Assembly (NCBI GenBank): GCA_017626015.1
Contig: JAGAJO010000004.1
Span: 46,713-110,712 of the forward strand
Length of the DNA: 64,000 bases
Reading direction: 5' to 3'
DNA from: Ruminococcus sp.
GTDB lineage: Bacteria; Bacillota; Clostridia; Oscillospirales; Ruminococcaceae
The notes under the pieces were generated by a model, which was given only the letters and a program-made list of their open reading frames with translations, was not told the origin of the DNA and did not search any database. The translations under genes were made by a program, and so were the position numbers. Positions 8,295 through 16,356 of the stretch are shown here, in pieces (the first letter of the stretch is position 1; every line of letters begins with the position of its first letter).

Positions 8295-9023
8295 TTACTT
8301 CTCTGCTGTGAACGAATGCAAGTCCTCTATCATCTTGTCGGTAATACTCCCGTCGAAATTTTCGTCGGTACGCTGACAGCAGAGCTTAAATCTTTTCATT
8401 GCATTTATCGCCCTGAGCTTAAGCCGTTTATCTAGTTTCCCTGTGATCTTGATCTGCGCAAACGCTGTGGCGTAGGTGATCATATCGCTCTGGATAACGT
8501 TCATTTCTTCCTCATCATTCATATTTTCTATGAAATTTTCATCAATGCTGTCCGCAGGATAATACTTCATTTCCCATGCGTTTTCAATCAGATTTCCGGG
8601 AAATTTATAAAAATCCGGCTGAGACTTTTTCCTTATTTCAAGGGTAAGCATATACAGCGTATCCGAGCCCTCGTCGCTGCCGAAGGGAGCAAACTCCTCG
8701 CCGCAGTCATAATAGAAGTCCTCCGTAAAATGCTCCGAAAAATTGGGGTGCGAGGTTTTGGGGTGAAGTCCCCTTTCCTCATCGTCCAGAAAAATATGAT
8801 CGTCATAATCAAAATCAAAAATTTCAGTATAACCCTTTTTCAGTTTCTTTCTGATAAGACTTTCGGCGTTTTTCAGACATTGCTCCTCGGTATCGAACGA
8901 CTTTATCTCATACTTACCTATGGCTCCCGCCTTGCCGTAATTAACGGCGAGATCTGTTCCGCTGTAATCTATATTCCAGAATTTATCCGACTTTTCATCT
9001 TTGTAAGCAAATGAACGTTTCAT
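8295..9023 (-). CDS. WGR-domain protein
   Basis: N-terminal KFWNIDYSGTDLAVNYGKAGAIGKYEIKSF...KKLKKGY fits the WGR pattern (FW...GR/K.G..G). The C-terminal 150 aa are unassigned. Confidence 0.65.
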   Translation of the reverse strand: MKRSFAYKDEKSDKFWNIDYSGTDLAVNYGKAGAIGKYEIKSFDTEEQCLKNAESLIRKKLKKGYTEIFDFDYDDHIFLDDEERGLHPKTSHPNFSEHFTEDFYYDCGEEFAPFGSDEGSDTLYMLTLEIRKKSQPDFYKFPGNLIENAWEMKYYPADSIDENFIENMNDEEEMNVIQSDMITYATAFAQIKITGKLDKRLKLRAINAMKRFKLCCQRTDENFDGSITDKMIEDLHSFTAEK

Positions 9024-9026
9024 ATT

Positions 9027-9719
9027 TTACCTCCACGGTCTTCTCTTTTCCGTCCAACCCTTTGCTTTCCAATATTCGTTGTCCGCAGGGTTCATTCCTC
9101 CCGATCTATTGGCAAAATGCATTGTGGTAAAGAACAGCCAGCCTTTCACGCTTACCCTCGGCTTGATCTTATTTCTGCGTATCTTCTGAGCAAGCCTGTC
9201 GGTCATCTTTTCAAGCTTTTGCTTTTTGGCAGGCTTGACTTCGTCCCAGCCGCAAGCCATAACAGCCGCTCCCAGCTTGTAAATTTTCGGCACTCCCCAG
9301 AATGACAGACTGTCCGCCATATCCTTGTTAGTGGACTTCATACCCGCTCCCGCCGCTGTGGAAATCACCACCGCCTGCTTAGAAAACATTTTCTCCTCGG
9401 GACGGTGAACTATCCACCTCCAGCCGTAATGATCGAGCCACGCCTTCATCGAACCTGTTGAGTGATAAACGTACACAGGAGAGGTCAGTATTATCAGATC
9501 TGACTCGTCTACCGCCTTTGTTATGGGACTGAGCTTTTCATAATGAGGACACTTATCCTCGCTTTTCATAAAGCAGTTTGTACACCCGCAGCAAAATTCA
9601 CCGAAATCTCTCGGAAGAAAAAATTCCGTTATCTCTCCGCCAACCTTGTCGGCAAGCATTCTTCCTATCTGATATGTAGAGCCTTTGTGGTTCTGTCCGT
9701 TTACTATGCATATCTTCAT
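9027..9719 (-). CDS. flavodoxin-like fold NAD(P)H-dependent FMN oxidoreductase
   Basis: MKICIVNGQNHKGSTY...LILTSPVYVYHSTGSMKAWLD is the FMN-reductase/flavodoxin_2-type pattern, with a Cys cluster CCGCTNCFMKSEDKC. Confidence 0.65.
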   Translation of the reverse strand: MKICIVNGQNHKGSTYQIGRMLADKVGGEITEFFLPRDFGEFCCGCTNCFMKSEDKCPHYEKLSPITKAVDESDLIILTSPVYVYHSTGSMKAWLDHYGWRWIVHRPEEKMFSKQAVVISTAAGAGMKSTNKDMADSLSFWGVPKIYKLGAAVMACGWDEVKPAKKQKLEKMTDRLAQKIRRNKIKPRVSVKGWLFFTTMHFANRSGGMNPADNEYWKAKGWTEKRRPWR

Positions 9720-9767
9720 AGCTGTTACAGCTCCCCTTTGCTATTTTCACTCTATCGCCGTCTCACT

Positions 9768-9802
9768 CAATTATCAATTGTCAATTGTTAACTGTTAATT
9801 GT
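9768..9802. repeat. five tandem degenerate heptamers (CAATTAT CAATTGT CAATTGT TAACTGT TAATTGT)
   Basis: Read directly from the ruvB / flavodoxin-like gene spacer. It overlaps a candidate promoter (minus strand TTAACA-17-GATAAT). Confidence 0.6.
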
Positions 9803-9806
9803 AAAT

Positions 9807-10844
9807 TTACAAATGCGTCTGTACGTCCTTGAGAATGCCTAAGTGGTCGTAGGCAAGCTGAGTTGCGCAGCGTCCCTTTGGGGTTTTAGCAAGGAATCCC
9901 AGCTGCATAAGATACGGCTCGCAGACCTCCTCCAGCGTGACAGCCTCCTCGCCGAGAGCCGCCGCAAGAGTGGAAAGTCCGACGGGGCCGCCGTTATAGC
10001 CTTTGATTATCATCATAAGCAAACGCTTGTCAAGGGTATCAAGCCCCAGATTGTCGACCTCCATGCGATTAAGAGCTATCCTTGCTATATCCGAGGTGAT
10101 CCTGCCGTTGCCTATGACATCTGCGAAATCACGCACACGCTTTAAAAATCTGTTGGCGATACGGGGCGTTCCCCTTGAACGTTTGGCTATCTCCTCCGCA
10201 CCGTCTCTGTCGCAGGAAACGCCAAGTATCACGGCTGAACGCTCCACAATATCCGCAAGCTGCTCAACGCTGTAAAGCTCTAGATGCTGTATAACTCCGA
10301 ACCTGTCCCTTAACGGAGCGGAAAGCTGTCCGGAACGTGTGGTTGCGCCTATCAGCGTAAATTTGTTTAGCTCTATCCTTATTGATCTTGCCGCAGGTCC
10401 CTTTCCCATAATTATATCCAGGGCATAGTCCTCCAGAGCGGGATAAAGGATCTCCTCCACCTGCCTTGAAAGACGGTGTATCTCGTCGATAAAAAGCACG
10501 TCGCCCTTTTCAAGATTGGTGAGCAATGCCGCCAGATCTCCCGGCTTTTCTATTGCGGGACCTGATGTTGTCCTGATATTCACGCCCATTTCATGGGCTA
10601 TTATAGTAGACAAAGTAGTTTTGCCCAGACCCGGAGGACCGTACAGAAGAACGTGATCGAGACTGTCCCCTCGTTTTTTCGCCGCCTGGATATATATTTT
10701 CATATTCTCCTTGACCTTGTCCTGACCGATGTATTCGTCCAGGGTTTTGGGTCTGAGGCTGACTTCAAAATCATCTGTGGTCTCCTGCTCGGTCTCCTTA
10801 GGGGAAACGATCCGCTCAAAGTCGAAATCTCCCTCTTCAATCAT
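9807..10844 (-). CDS. ruvB: Holliday junction branch-migration helicase RuvB
   Basis: Walker [10 protein letters not shown] and LFIDEIHRL; full-length match to the RuvB pattern. Confidence 0.95.
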   Translation of the reverse strand: MIEEGDFDFERIVSPKETEQETTDDFEVSLRPKTLDEYIGQDKVKENMKIYIQAAKKRGDSLDHVLLYGPPGLGKTTLSTIIAHEMGVNIRTTSGPAIEKPGDLAALLTNLEKGDVLFIDEIHRLSRQVEEILYPALEDYALDIIMGKGPAARSIRIELNKFTLIGATTRSGQLSAPLRDRFGVIQHLELYSVEQLADIVERSAVILGVSCDRDGAEEIAKRSRGTPRIANRFLKRVRDFADVIGNGRITSDIARIALNRMEVDNLGLDTLDKRLLMMIIKGYNGGPVGLSTLAAALGEEAVTLEEVCEPYLMQLGFLAKTPKGRCATQLAYDHLGILKDVQTHL

Positions 10845-10896
10845 TTATCAGTCACTCCTTCATGTAATGATCTTAATTCAATGCAGAACATATGCC

Positions 10897-11496
10897 CTAG
10901 AATCTTGCCAGTCCGATAAGAGCCTTTTTAATAAGCTCCTCTACGGAAAGGGTCGGGTCAAGCTTTGAGATAACCTGCATTGCCTCGCCCTCGGTGTAGC
11001 CAAGTACCACAAGTGCCGTGACCGCCTCGTCAGCTGCTCCGCCCTGAGGAACAGCGGGAACAAAATCCGCAGTACCTCTTACTGAGACGGTATTTTCCTT
11101 TGCGATCTTGTCCTTAAGCTCGAGGACTATCCTCTGAGCCGTTTTTGCTCCTATACCCTTGCACTTTGTAAGGCTTTTTGAGTCACCCGTAGCAACTGCA
11201 AGAGCGAACTGCGAGGGGGAATTGGACGACAGTATCGAAATAGCCGCCTTGGGTCCTACTCCCGAAACCGTTATGAGCATTTTAAAACATTTCAGCTCCT
11301 CCTTGGTAGAAAAGCCGAACAGATCGGCAGCGTCCTCCCGTACCGCAAGATAAGTGTAAAGCGTGACCTCGCTCTCCCCCGCAATTCTTTGCAGAGTGTA
11401 AAATGTGGTCTTGCAGGCATAGCCCACTCCGCCGCATTCAACTACAGCAAGCTCGCTTTCAGTATGTATAAGCTTTCCTCTTACCGAATATATCAT
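10897..11496 (-). CDS. ruvA: Holliday junction DNA helicase RuvA
   Basis: MIYSVRGKL...VECGGVGY...GVGPKAAISIL (HhH motifs); lies between ruvC and ruvB. Confidence 0.9.
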   Translation of the reverse strand: MIYSVRGKLIHTESELAVVECGGVGYACKTTFYTLQRIAGESEVTLYTYLAVREDAADLFGFSTKEELKCFKMLITVSGVGPKAAISILSSNSPSQFALAVATGDSKSLTKCKGIGAKTAQRIVLELKDKIAKENTVSVRGTADFVPAVPQGGAADEAVTALVVLGYTEGEAMQVISKLDPTLSVEELIKKALIGLARF

Positions 11497-11500
11497 AAAA

Positions 11501-12007
11501 TCACCTTTTGTTTTTCAGCGGATCCATTACCCGCCTTGTATTTACCGACAGACCGTGAGTAATAGCGATCGCCACTGCGTCTGCCGTATCGTCCGGCTTT
11601 ATCACCGATTTAAGTCTGAGCATACTCCTGGTCATTTCCTGCACCTGCTTTTTCTCCGCCCTGCCGTAGCCGACTATCGAGCATTTTACCTGAAGCGGAG
11701 TATATTCGTAAACAGGTATGTTGTTTAAAATTGCAGGCAGCAGCGTTACGCCCCTTGCCTGAGCCACATCTATGGCGGTTTTCTCATTGGTGTTGAAAAA
11801 CAGCTTTTCTATTCCCATTTCATCCGGCTTATAGGTCTCGATTATCTTAGTCATATCGAGATATATGGATCTGAGTCTGCTGTCGAAGCTCATACCTGCT
11901 TTGGTAGTTATCGCTCCGAATCCCACCACAGAAAACTGTCCGTGAGAATAATCCAGCACCCCGTAGCCCACGATAGCATAGCCTGGATCTATTCCAAGGA
12001 TCCTCAA
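11501..12007 (-). CDS. ruvC: crossover junction endodeoxyribonuclease RuvC (TTG start)
   Basis: (L->M)RILGIDPGYAIVGYG is the canonical RuvC N-terminus. GGAGG lies 7 nt upstream of TTG 12007. The track ORF adds 16 unlikely residues from ATG 12055. Confidence 0.85.
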   Translation of the reverse strand: MRILGIDPGYAIVGYGVLDYSHGQFSVVGFGAITTKAGMSFDSRLRSIYLDMTKIIETYKPDEMGIEKLFFNTNEKTAIDVAQARGVTLLPAILNNIPVYEYTPLQVKCSIVGYGRAEKKQVQEMTRSMLRLKSVIKPDDTADAVAIAITHGLSVNTRRVMDPLKNKR

Positions 12008-12154
12008 AAAAACGCCTCCGTCCGAAGGTATCAGAAAATGAATACACTTCCTCATGTTAACAATTAATTATACCACATATTCCGGATAATTGCAAGCAAA
12101 ACGACAATAAAGTTCACAGAAACCAAACAGGCGGTCTTTCCCCATGAAAGCCGC

Positions 12155-12670
12155 CTATTTTTCACTTTTTATACTGAATTTTCTCAGCGGCGAAAACCAC
12201 AGCCGCTGTGCGCATATGCCGGTAAAGAAGCCGGCAAGTATACCGCTGACGATCAGATAGGGAAGAAGCCCTGCTGCTGCCGGGCTGCCTGTTATCACGC
12301 AGGCGGCGGCGATCTGTCCGAAATTATGAAAAACTCCCCCGAACACCGAAACTACCCATATCTGCTTTCTGTCAAAACGGTTTATCAGCAGGCACATTAC
12401 AGTATAAGCCGCAAGACCGCCTGCAACGGAAAAAGCGAAGCTTATAAAGGTGCCGTAAAACGCCGAGGCAAGTATTATCCGCAGGGCAAGCACTATACCC
12501 GCCTCACGTCTTCCGATAAAAAGCATTGCAATAAGGGTCACGATATTGGCAAGACCAAGCTTTATTCCTCCCACGGCGGAAACGGGAAACTGCGCTTCTA
12601 TGACGAAAACCGTCAGCGACACAGCGGTAAGGACAGCCATAAGGGTAAGCCTTCTGACGGATATTTTCAT
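12155..12670 (-). CDS. Gx transporter family membrane protein (heptaprenyl diphosphate synthase component I-like)
   Basis: 171 aa, about 5 TM. LTLMAVLTAVSLTVFVIE...GIKLGLANIVTL is typical of this family, and it pairs with an upstream NusG-II domain gene as usual. Confidence 0.7.
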   Translation of the reverse strand: MKISVRRLTLMAVLTAVSLTVFVIEAQFPVSAVGGIKLGLANIVTLIAMLFIGRREAGIVLALRIILASAFYGTFISFAFSVAGGLAAYTVMCLLINRFDRKQIWVVSVFGGVFHNFGQIAAACVITGSPAAAGLLPYLIVSGILAGFFTGICAQRLWFSPLRKFSIKSEK

Positions 12671-12682
12671 TTTTCACTCCCC

Positions 12683-13057
12683 CTATATGTCCGTGTCTGA
12701 GGTCTTTGCACCGCATATCCTCACCGTAAGCCTGTGAGGAGCGCATATGACAGACTGTCCCGGCTTTGATATTTTGCCGAAGTTTACACAAGTCTGATTT
12801 TTGCAGTCCGAGGATCTGACATAAACCTCATTATTTCCGTAAACGACAACATTTGTTCCGTAAGAGGTGGTGACAGTTATCTCCTTTTCAGCGCCGCTTA
12901 TGTCGTCAAGGGTCATGTAAAGCTCACCGTCCACAAGTATTTCCGCTGCGGCGAAGGAGTCTTTCCAAGGCATATATATCCATAAAATGCAAATAATTAG
13001 TATGATCACGAAAACGATTGCCCACAGGATATTCGAGGATCTCAGAACCTTCAACAT
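12683..13057 (-). CDS. NusG domain II-containing (DUF1312-like) protein
   Basis: N-terminal TM, then VDGELY...VRSSDCKNQTCVNFGKISKPGQSVICAPHRLTV, the characteristic Cys-containing C-terminal pattern. Confidence 0.65.
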   Translation of the reverse strand: MLKVLRSSNILWAIVFVIILIICILWIYMPWKDSFAAAEILVDGELYMTLDDISGAEKEITVTTSYGTNVVVYGNNEVYVRSSDCKNQTCVNFGKISKPGQSVICAPHRLTVRICGAKTSDTDI

Positions 13058-13298
13058 AATGCCCCCAATTTTTACGGATATTTTCTTGATGCTGTTTCAT
13101 ACCACGGGAAAATAATTGTACAGTTAGATTATATCATAATGCGAAATTTTCGTCAAGTGAGTAATTAATCGGACACCATTGGTTACAAAGCGTTTACATA
13201 GGGAACTTCTGTTAAGCTTTTCTGTAACCAAGGCGTAATAAAGCGGGTCGAAAATAGAAAAATAAATGTATTTTTTATTAAAAACAGCTAATTAACTA

Positions 13299-13327
13299 TT
13301 GATTTTTCAGGCATAGTATGGTACAAT
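13299..13327 (+). promoter_or_regulatory. distal candidate promoter upstream of murA (TTGATT-17-TGgTACAAT)
   Basis: -35 at 13299-13304, extended -10 TGg at 13319-13321 and TACAAT at 13322-13327; about 240 nt upstream of the murA start. Confidence 0.4.
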
Positions 13328-13490
13328 AAATAAAGTATTATGAAACGGATAAAGAGAAACGCCTGAACGGCGTGTTTATATATTCAGCCACGAATGATTG
13401 ACGGTATTTACAGATTTTTTACCTTGTGTTTATTTCTTTTGATCAAAATGTGGAATTATTACCGTCTTACTTTTATTTTACTCAGCTTCG

Positions 13491-13499
13491 TGGTATAAT
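13491..13499 (+). promoter_or_regulatory. proximal extended -10 promoter of murA (TGgTATAAT)
   Basis: TGGTATAAT at 13491-13499, about 65 nt upstream of the murA TTG. The -35 is weak. Confidence 0.4.
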
Positions 13500-13564
13500 A
13501 ACAGTTGCCCGGCTATGTAAAGACAGAAAAATACAGCCGCAGGCGCTTTAAGGAGTGTTAATTT

Positions 13565-14851
13565 TTGGAGAAGTTTGTTATACACGGCGGAAAACCGCTG
13601 GAAGGCACTGTATATATAAGCGGTGCTAAAAATGCGGCGGTTGCACTTGTTGCCGCCACCATACTCTGCGATGAACCGTGCGTTCTTGAAAACGTGCCTG
13701 AAATAAGCGATATTACCAAATGCCTTAAGATCCTCAGGGAAATGGGCGCTGAAGTAAAGCTGAAGGATAAAAACACGGTCTATTTTGATACAAAGGGCAT
13801 CACCAAGCCTGAGGTCCCATACGAGCTGGCAAGGACCATGAGGGCTTCATGCTATTTTCTGGGAACTCTGCTGGGACGTTTTCACGAGGCTTACGTTCCC
13901 ATGCCGGGCGGCTGCGACCTGGGCGACAGACCTATCGACCAGCACCTTAAGGCATTCAAGGCGCTTGGCGCTTCCGACGAAATAGTAAACGGCGCAAATC
14001 ATGTGTGGGCGGACGAGCTGTACGGAAATCAGATCTATTTTGATTTCGTAACGGTAGGCGCTACAATGAACGCAATTTTTGCCTCCGTAAAAGCAAAGGG
14101 CATGACGGTCATTGAAAACGCCGCCAAGGAACCTCACATAGTGGATCTCGCAAACTTCCTCAATTCAATGGGCGCAGATATAAGAGGCGCAGGAACCGAC
14201 GTTATCAAAATAAGAGGCGTAGATCATCTCCACGGAGTGACCTATGCTACGATACCCGACCAGATAGAGGCGGGAACATATATGGTTGCCGCTGCGGCGA
14301 CCAAGGGAGACGTGGTCATTGCCAACGTTATCCCCAAGCACCTTGAATCTATCTCCGCAAAGCTCCGCAAATGCGGCGTTCATGTAGAGGAAAACGATGA
14401 AAGCGTTCATGTGTGGGTGGATTCTCCGCTGCAAAAGACATCCCTTAAAACAATGCCTCATCCGGGATTTCCCACGGATATGCAGCCGCAGTTTTCTACG
14501 CTGCTTACCATGGCGGAGGGTACCAGCATTGTTACAGACGATATATTCGATAACAGATTCAGATATGTTGCAGAGCTGAGAAGAATGGGAGCCGATATTT
14601 CCGTAGACGGAAAAGTCGCCGTTATTCAGGGAGTGGGTCAGCTTAAGGGTGCGCCTGTATCCGCCACCGACCTCAGAGCGGGAGCGGCAATGATAATCGC
14701 AGGTCTTGCAGCAGAAGGAGTTACCGAGATCGACAATATTTTTTACATTGAAAGAGGATATGAAAATATAGATCTGAAGCTTAAAGGTCTGGGCGCTGAC
14801 ATTGAGAGAGTCGTCAGACCCGATACGGAGGAAGTAAAGCTCAGCGGCTGA
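13565..14851 (+). CDS. murA: UDP-N-acetylglucosamine 1-carboxyvinyltransferase
   Basis: 428 aa; FVIHGGKPLEGTVYISGAKNAA... and the full-length MurA pattern. TTG start with AAGGAG 9 nt upstream. Confidence 0.95.
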   Translation: MEKFVIHGGKPLEGTVYISGAKNAAVALVAATILCDEPCVLENVPEISDITKCLKILREMGAEVKLKDKNTVYFDTKGITKPEVPYELARTMRASCYFLGTLLGRFHEAYVPMPGGCDLGDRPIDQHLKAFKALGASDEIVNGANHVWADELYGNQIYFDFVTVGATMNAIFASVKAKGMTVIENAAKEPHIVDLANFLNSMGADIRGAGTDVIKIRGVDHLHGVTYATIPDQIEAGTYMVAAAATKGDVVIANVIPKHLESISAKLRKCGVHVEENDESVHVWVDSPLQKTSLKTMPHPGFPTDMQPQFSTLLTMAEGTSIVTDDIFDNRFRYVAELRRMGADISVDGKVAVIQGVGQLKGAPVSATDLRAGAAMIIAGLAAEGVTEIDNIFYIERGYENIDLKLKGLGADIERVVRPDTEEVKLSG

Positions 14852-14921
14852 CAGACACTTCGTATTGTAAATCAGGAAAATTACAGTTTTAAGGAAAGAT
14901 ACACCTAAAAACGTTAAATAA

Positions 14922-14941
14922 GGGCGGATAATATCCGTCCC
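14922..14941 (+). terminator. hairpin GGGCGGATA-ATA-TCCGTCCC downstream of murA (left copy of a 23-bp direct repeat)
   Basis: Stem-loop read directly; about 70 nt after the murA stop. An identical copy lies at 15189-15208. Confidence 0.45.
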
Positions 14942-14942
14942 T

Positions 14943-15186
14943 CAGGTTGTCGAGAAACCCCATTGGGAAATTAAAGCGCAGGCTCAAGCGCGGCGCTAGA
15001 GCGCTTGCGGGGGTCGAGGGGGCAGCGCCACCTCGTCGCTCCCGCAGGAGCGAAACTCCCTTACACGCAGGAGCTCCGCACAGGGTGAATTTTCAAACAG
15101 TCCGGTGGACTGTTTGAAAAGAGGGGCATGCCCTGCGATAGAGGGCTGCCCCTTACTTGCGCTGTGTGGACTTTTTCGACAGGCTG
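14943..15186 (+). mobile_element. MITE-like structured repeat, family 1, copy A (244 bp)
   Basis: About 97% identical (about 6-7 differences by hand alignment) to the reverse complement of 60918-61160. Imperfect terminal inverted repeats: CAGGTTGTCGAGAAA and TTTTTCGACAGGCTG. At least five internal hairpins. No credible ORF. Confidence 0.75.
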
Positions 15187-15221
15187 AAGGGCGGATAATA
15201 TCCGTCCCTACAATGGAAATG

Positions 15222-15252
15222 TAAAAATGTAGGGGCGAACATTGTTCGCCCC
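15222..15252 (-). terminator. rho-independent terminator of the rubredoxin gene
   Basis: 9-bp GC-rich stem GGGGCGAAC/GTTCGCCCC (15232-15252), followed on the minus strand by tacaTTTTT. Confidence 0.6.
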
Positions 15253-15265
15253 ATTTGCTGACAGC

Positions 15266-15424
15266 TTATTCTGCCGGAGAAAACTGATCCTTTCCTACTC
15301 CGCAGAGAGGACAAACAAAATCCTCGGGTACGTCTTCCCAGGCTGTTCCTGCCGCAACGCCTGCGTCAGGCTCGCCGTTTTCGGGATCGTAAATGTATCC
15401 GCAAATGTCGCAAACATATTTCAT
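15266..15424 (-). CDS. rubredoxin (52 aa)
   Basis: Own translation: [52 protein letters not shown]. Two CxxCG knuckles. GGAGG lies 8 nt upstream. Below the ORF-track length cutoff. Confidence 0.85.
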   Translation of the reverse strand: MKYVCDICGYIYDPENGEPDAGVAAGTAWEDVPEDFVCPLCGVGKDQFSPAE

Positions 15425-15511
15425 AGTGATCTCCTCCTTTTAAAATTCGGTTTTATCCGTATATTTAGTATAACACAAAATTGCTGAAATTTCAATATCT
15501 GCGGAGGCTTT

Positions 15512-16336
15512 ATGGAACTTTTTATTTCCGATCTTGACGGAACTCTCCTTAATTCGGAGGCGGAGCTTTCCGGTCGCACAAGGAACACGCTGAACAGACT
15601 TATCCAAGAAAAAGGCATGAATTTCACTGTTGCTACCGCACGAACCTATGCCTCCGCCGGAAAAATATTAAAGGGACTCAGGCTGAAATTACCTATAATA
15701 CTTATGAACGGCGTGCTGATATACGACTCCGTGGGGGAAAAATATGAGGTCGTTAACAGGCTTGATCAGGATATCAAGGCTCATGTCATTTCCGAGATAC
15801 GCAGATACGGGCTTTCCGCATTTATGTACACCATTTGCGGAAATCAGATGATGACCTACTACGAACGGCTTTCAAACAGTCAGATGCGGGACTTCTACAA
15901 CGAACGCAGGCAGAAATACTACAAAGCCTTTGAGCATACGGAGGATCTCAACAATGTAGGAAACGATGTTATTTATTTTACCATTGTTGACGAAAGGGAC
16001 AGGCTTGCTCCGCTGTACAGTTCTCTGAAAAAATGCAGGGGCATTTCACTTACCTACTATAACGATGTTTACAGCGAAAATATGTGGTATCTGGAGATCT
16101 TTTCGGATAAAGCGTCCAAGCGCAACGGAGTAGGATACCTGCGGGAAAAATACGGCTTTGACAGGATAACGGCTTTCGGCGACAACACCAATGATCTGCC
16201 TATGTTCGAGGTCTCGGATACTTGTATCGCAGTAAGCAACGCAAATCAGACGGTGCTTTCACAGTGCGATAAAGTGATAGCCTCCAACGAGGAGGACGGC
16301 GTTGCTGAATATCTTGACGAATACCTCAATAGTTAA
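15512..16336 (+). CDS. Cof-type HAD-IIB family hydrolase
   Basis: DLDGTLL motif I at the N-terminus and GDNTNDLPMF motif IV. Confidence 0.8.
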   Translation: MELFISDLDGTLLNSEAELSGRTRNTLNRLIQEKGMNFTVATARTYASAGKILKGLRLKLPIILMNGVLIYDSVGEKYEVVNRLDQDIKAHVISEIRRYGLSAFMYTICGNQMMTYYERLSNSQMRDFYNERRQKYYKAFEHTEDLNNVGNDVIYFTIVDERDRLAPLYSSLKKCRGISLTYYNDVYSENMWYLEIFSDKASKRNGVGYLREKYGFDRITAFGDNTNDLPMFEVSDTCIAVSNANQTVLSQCDKVIASNEEDGVAEYLDEYLNS

Positions 16337-16356
16337 ATATAATGGAGGACGATCAA

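Noticed and set aside
13340-13366. 8-codon mini-ORF (MKRIKRNA) after the distal murA promoter, possible leader peptide
   Set aside because: There is no Shine-Dalgarno sequence upstream, and the adjacent hairpin has only a 5-bp stem. That is too weak to call a leader-peptide attenuator; it is mentioned only within the murA-leader finding.
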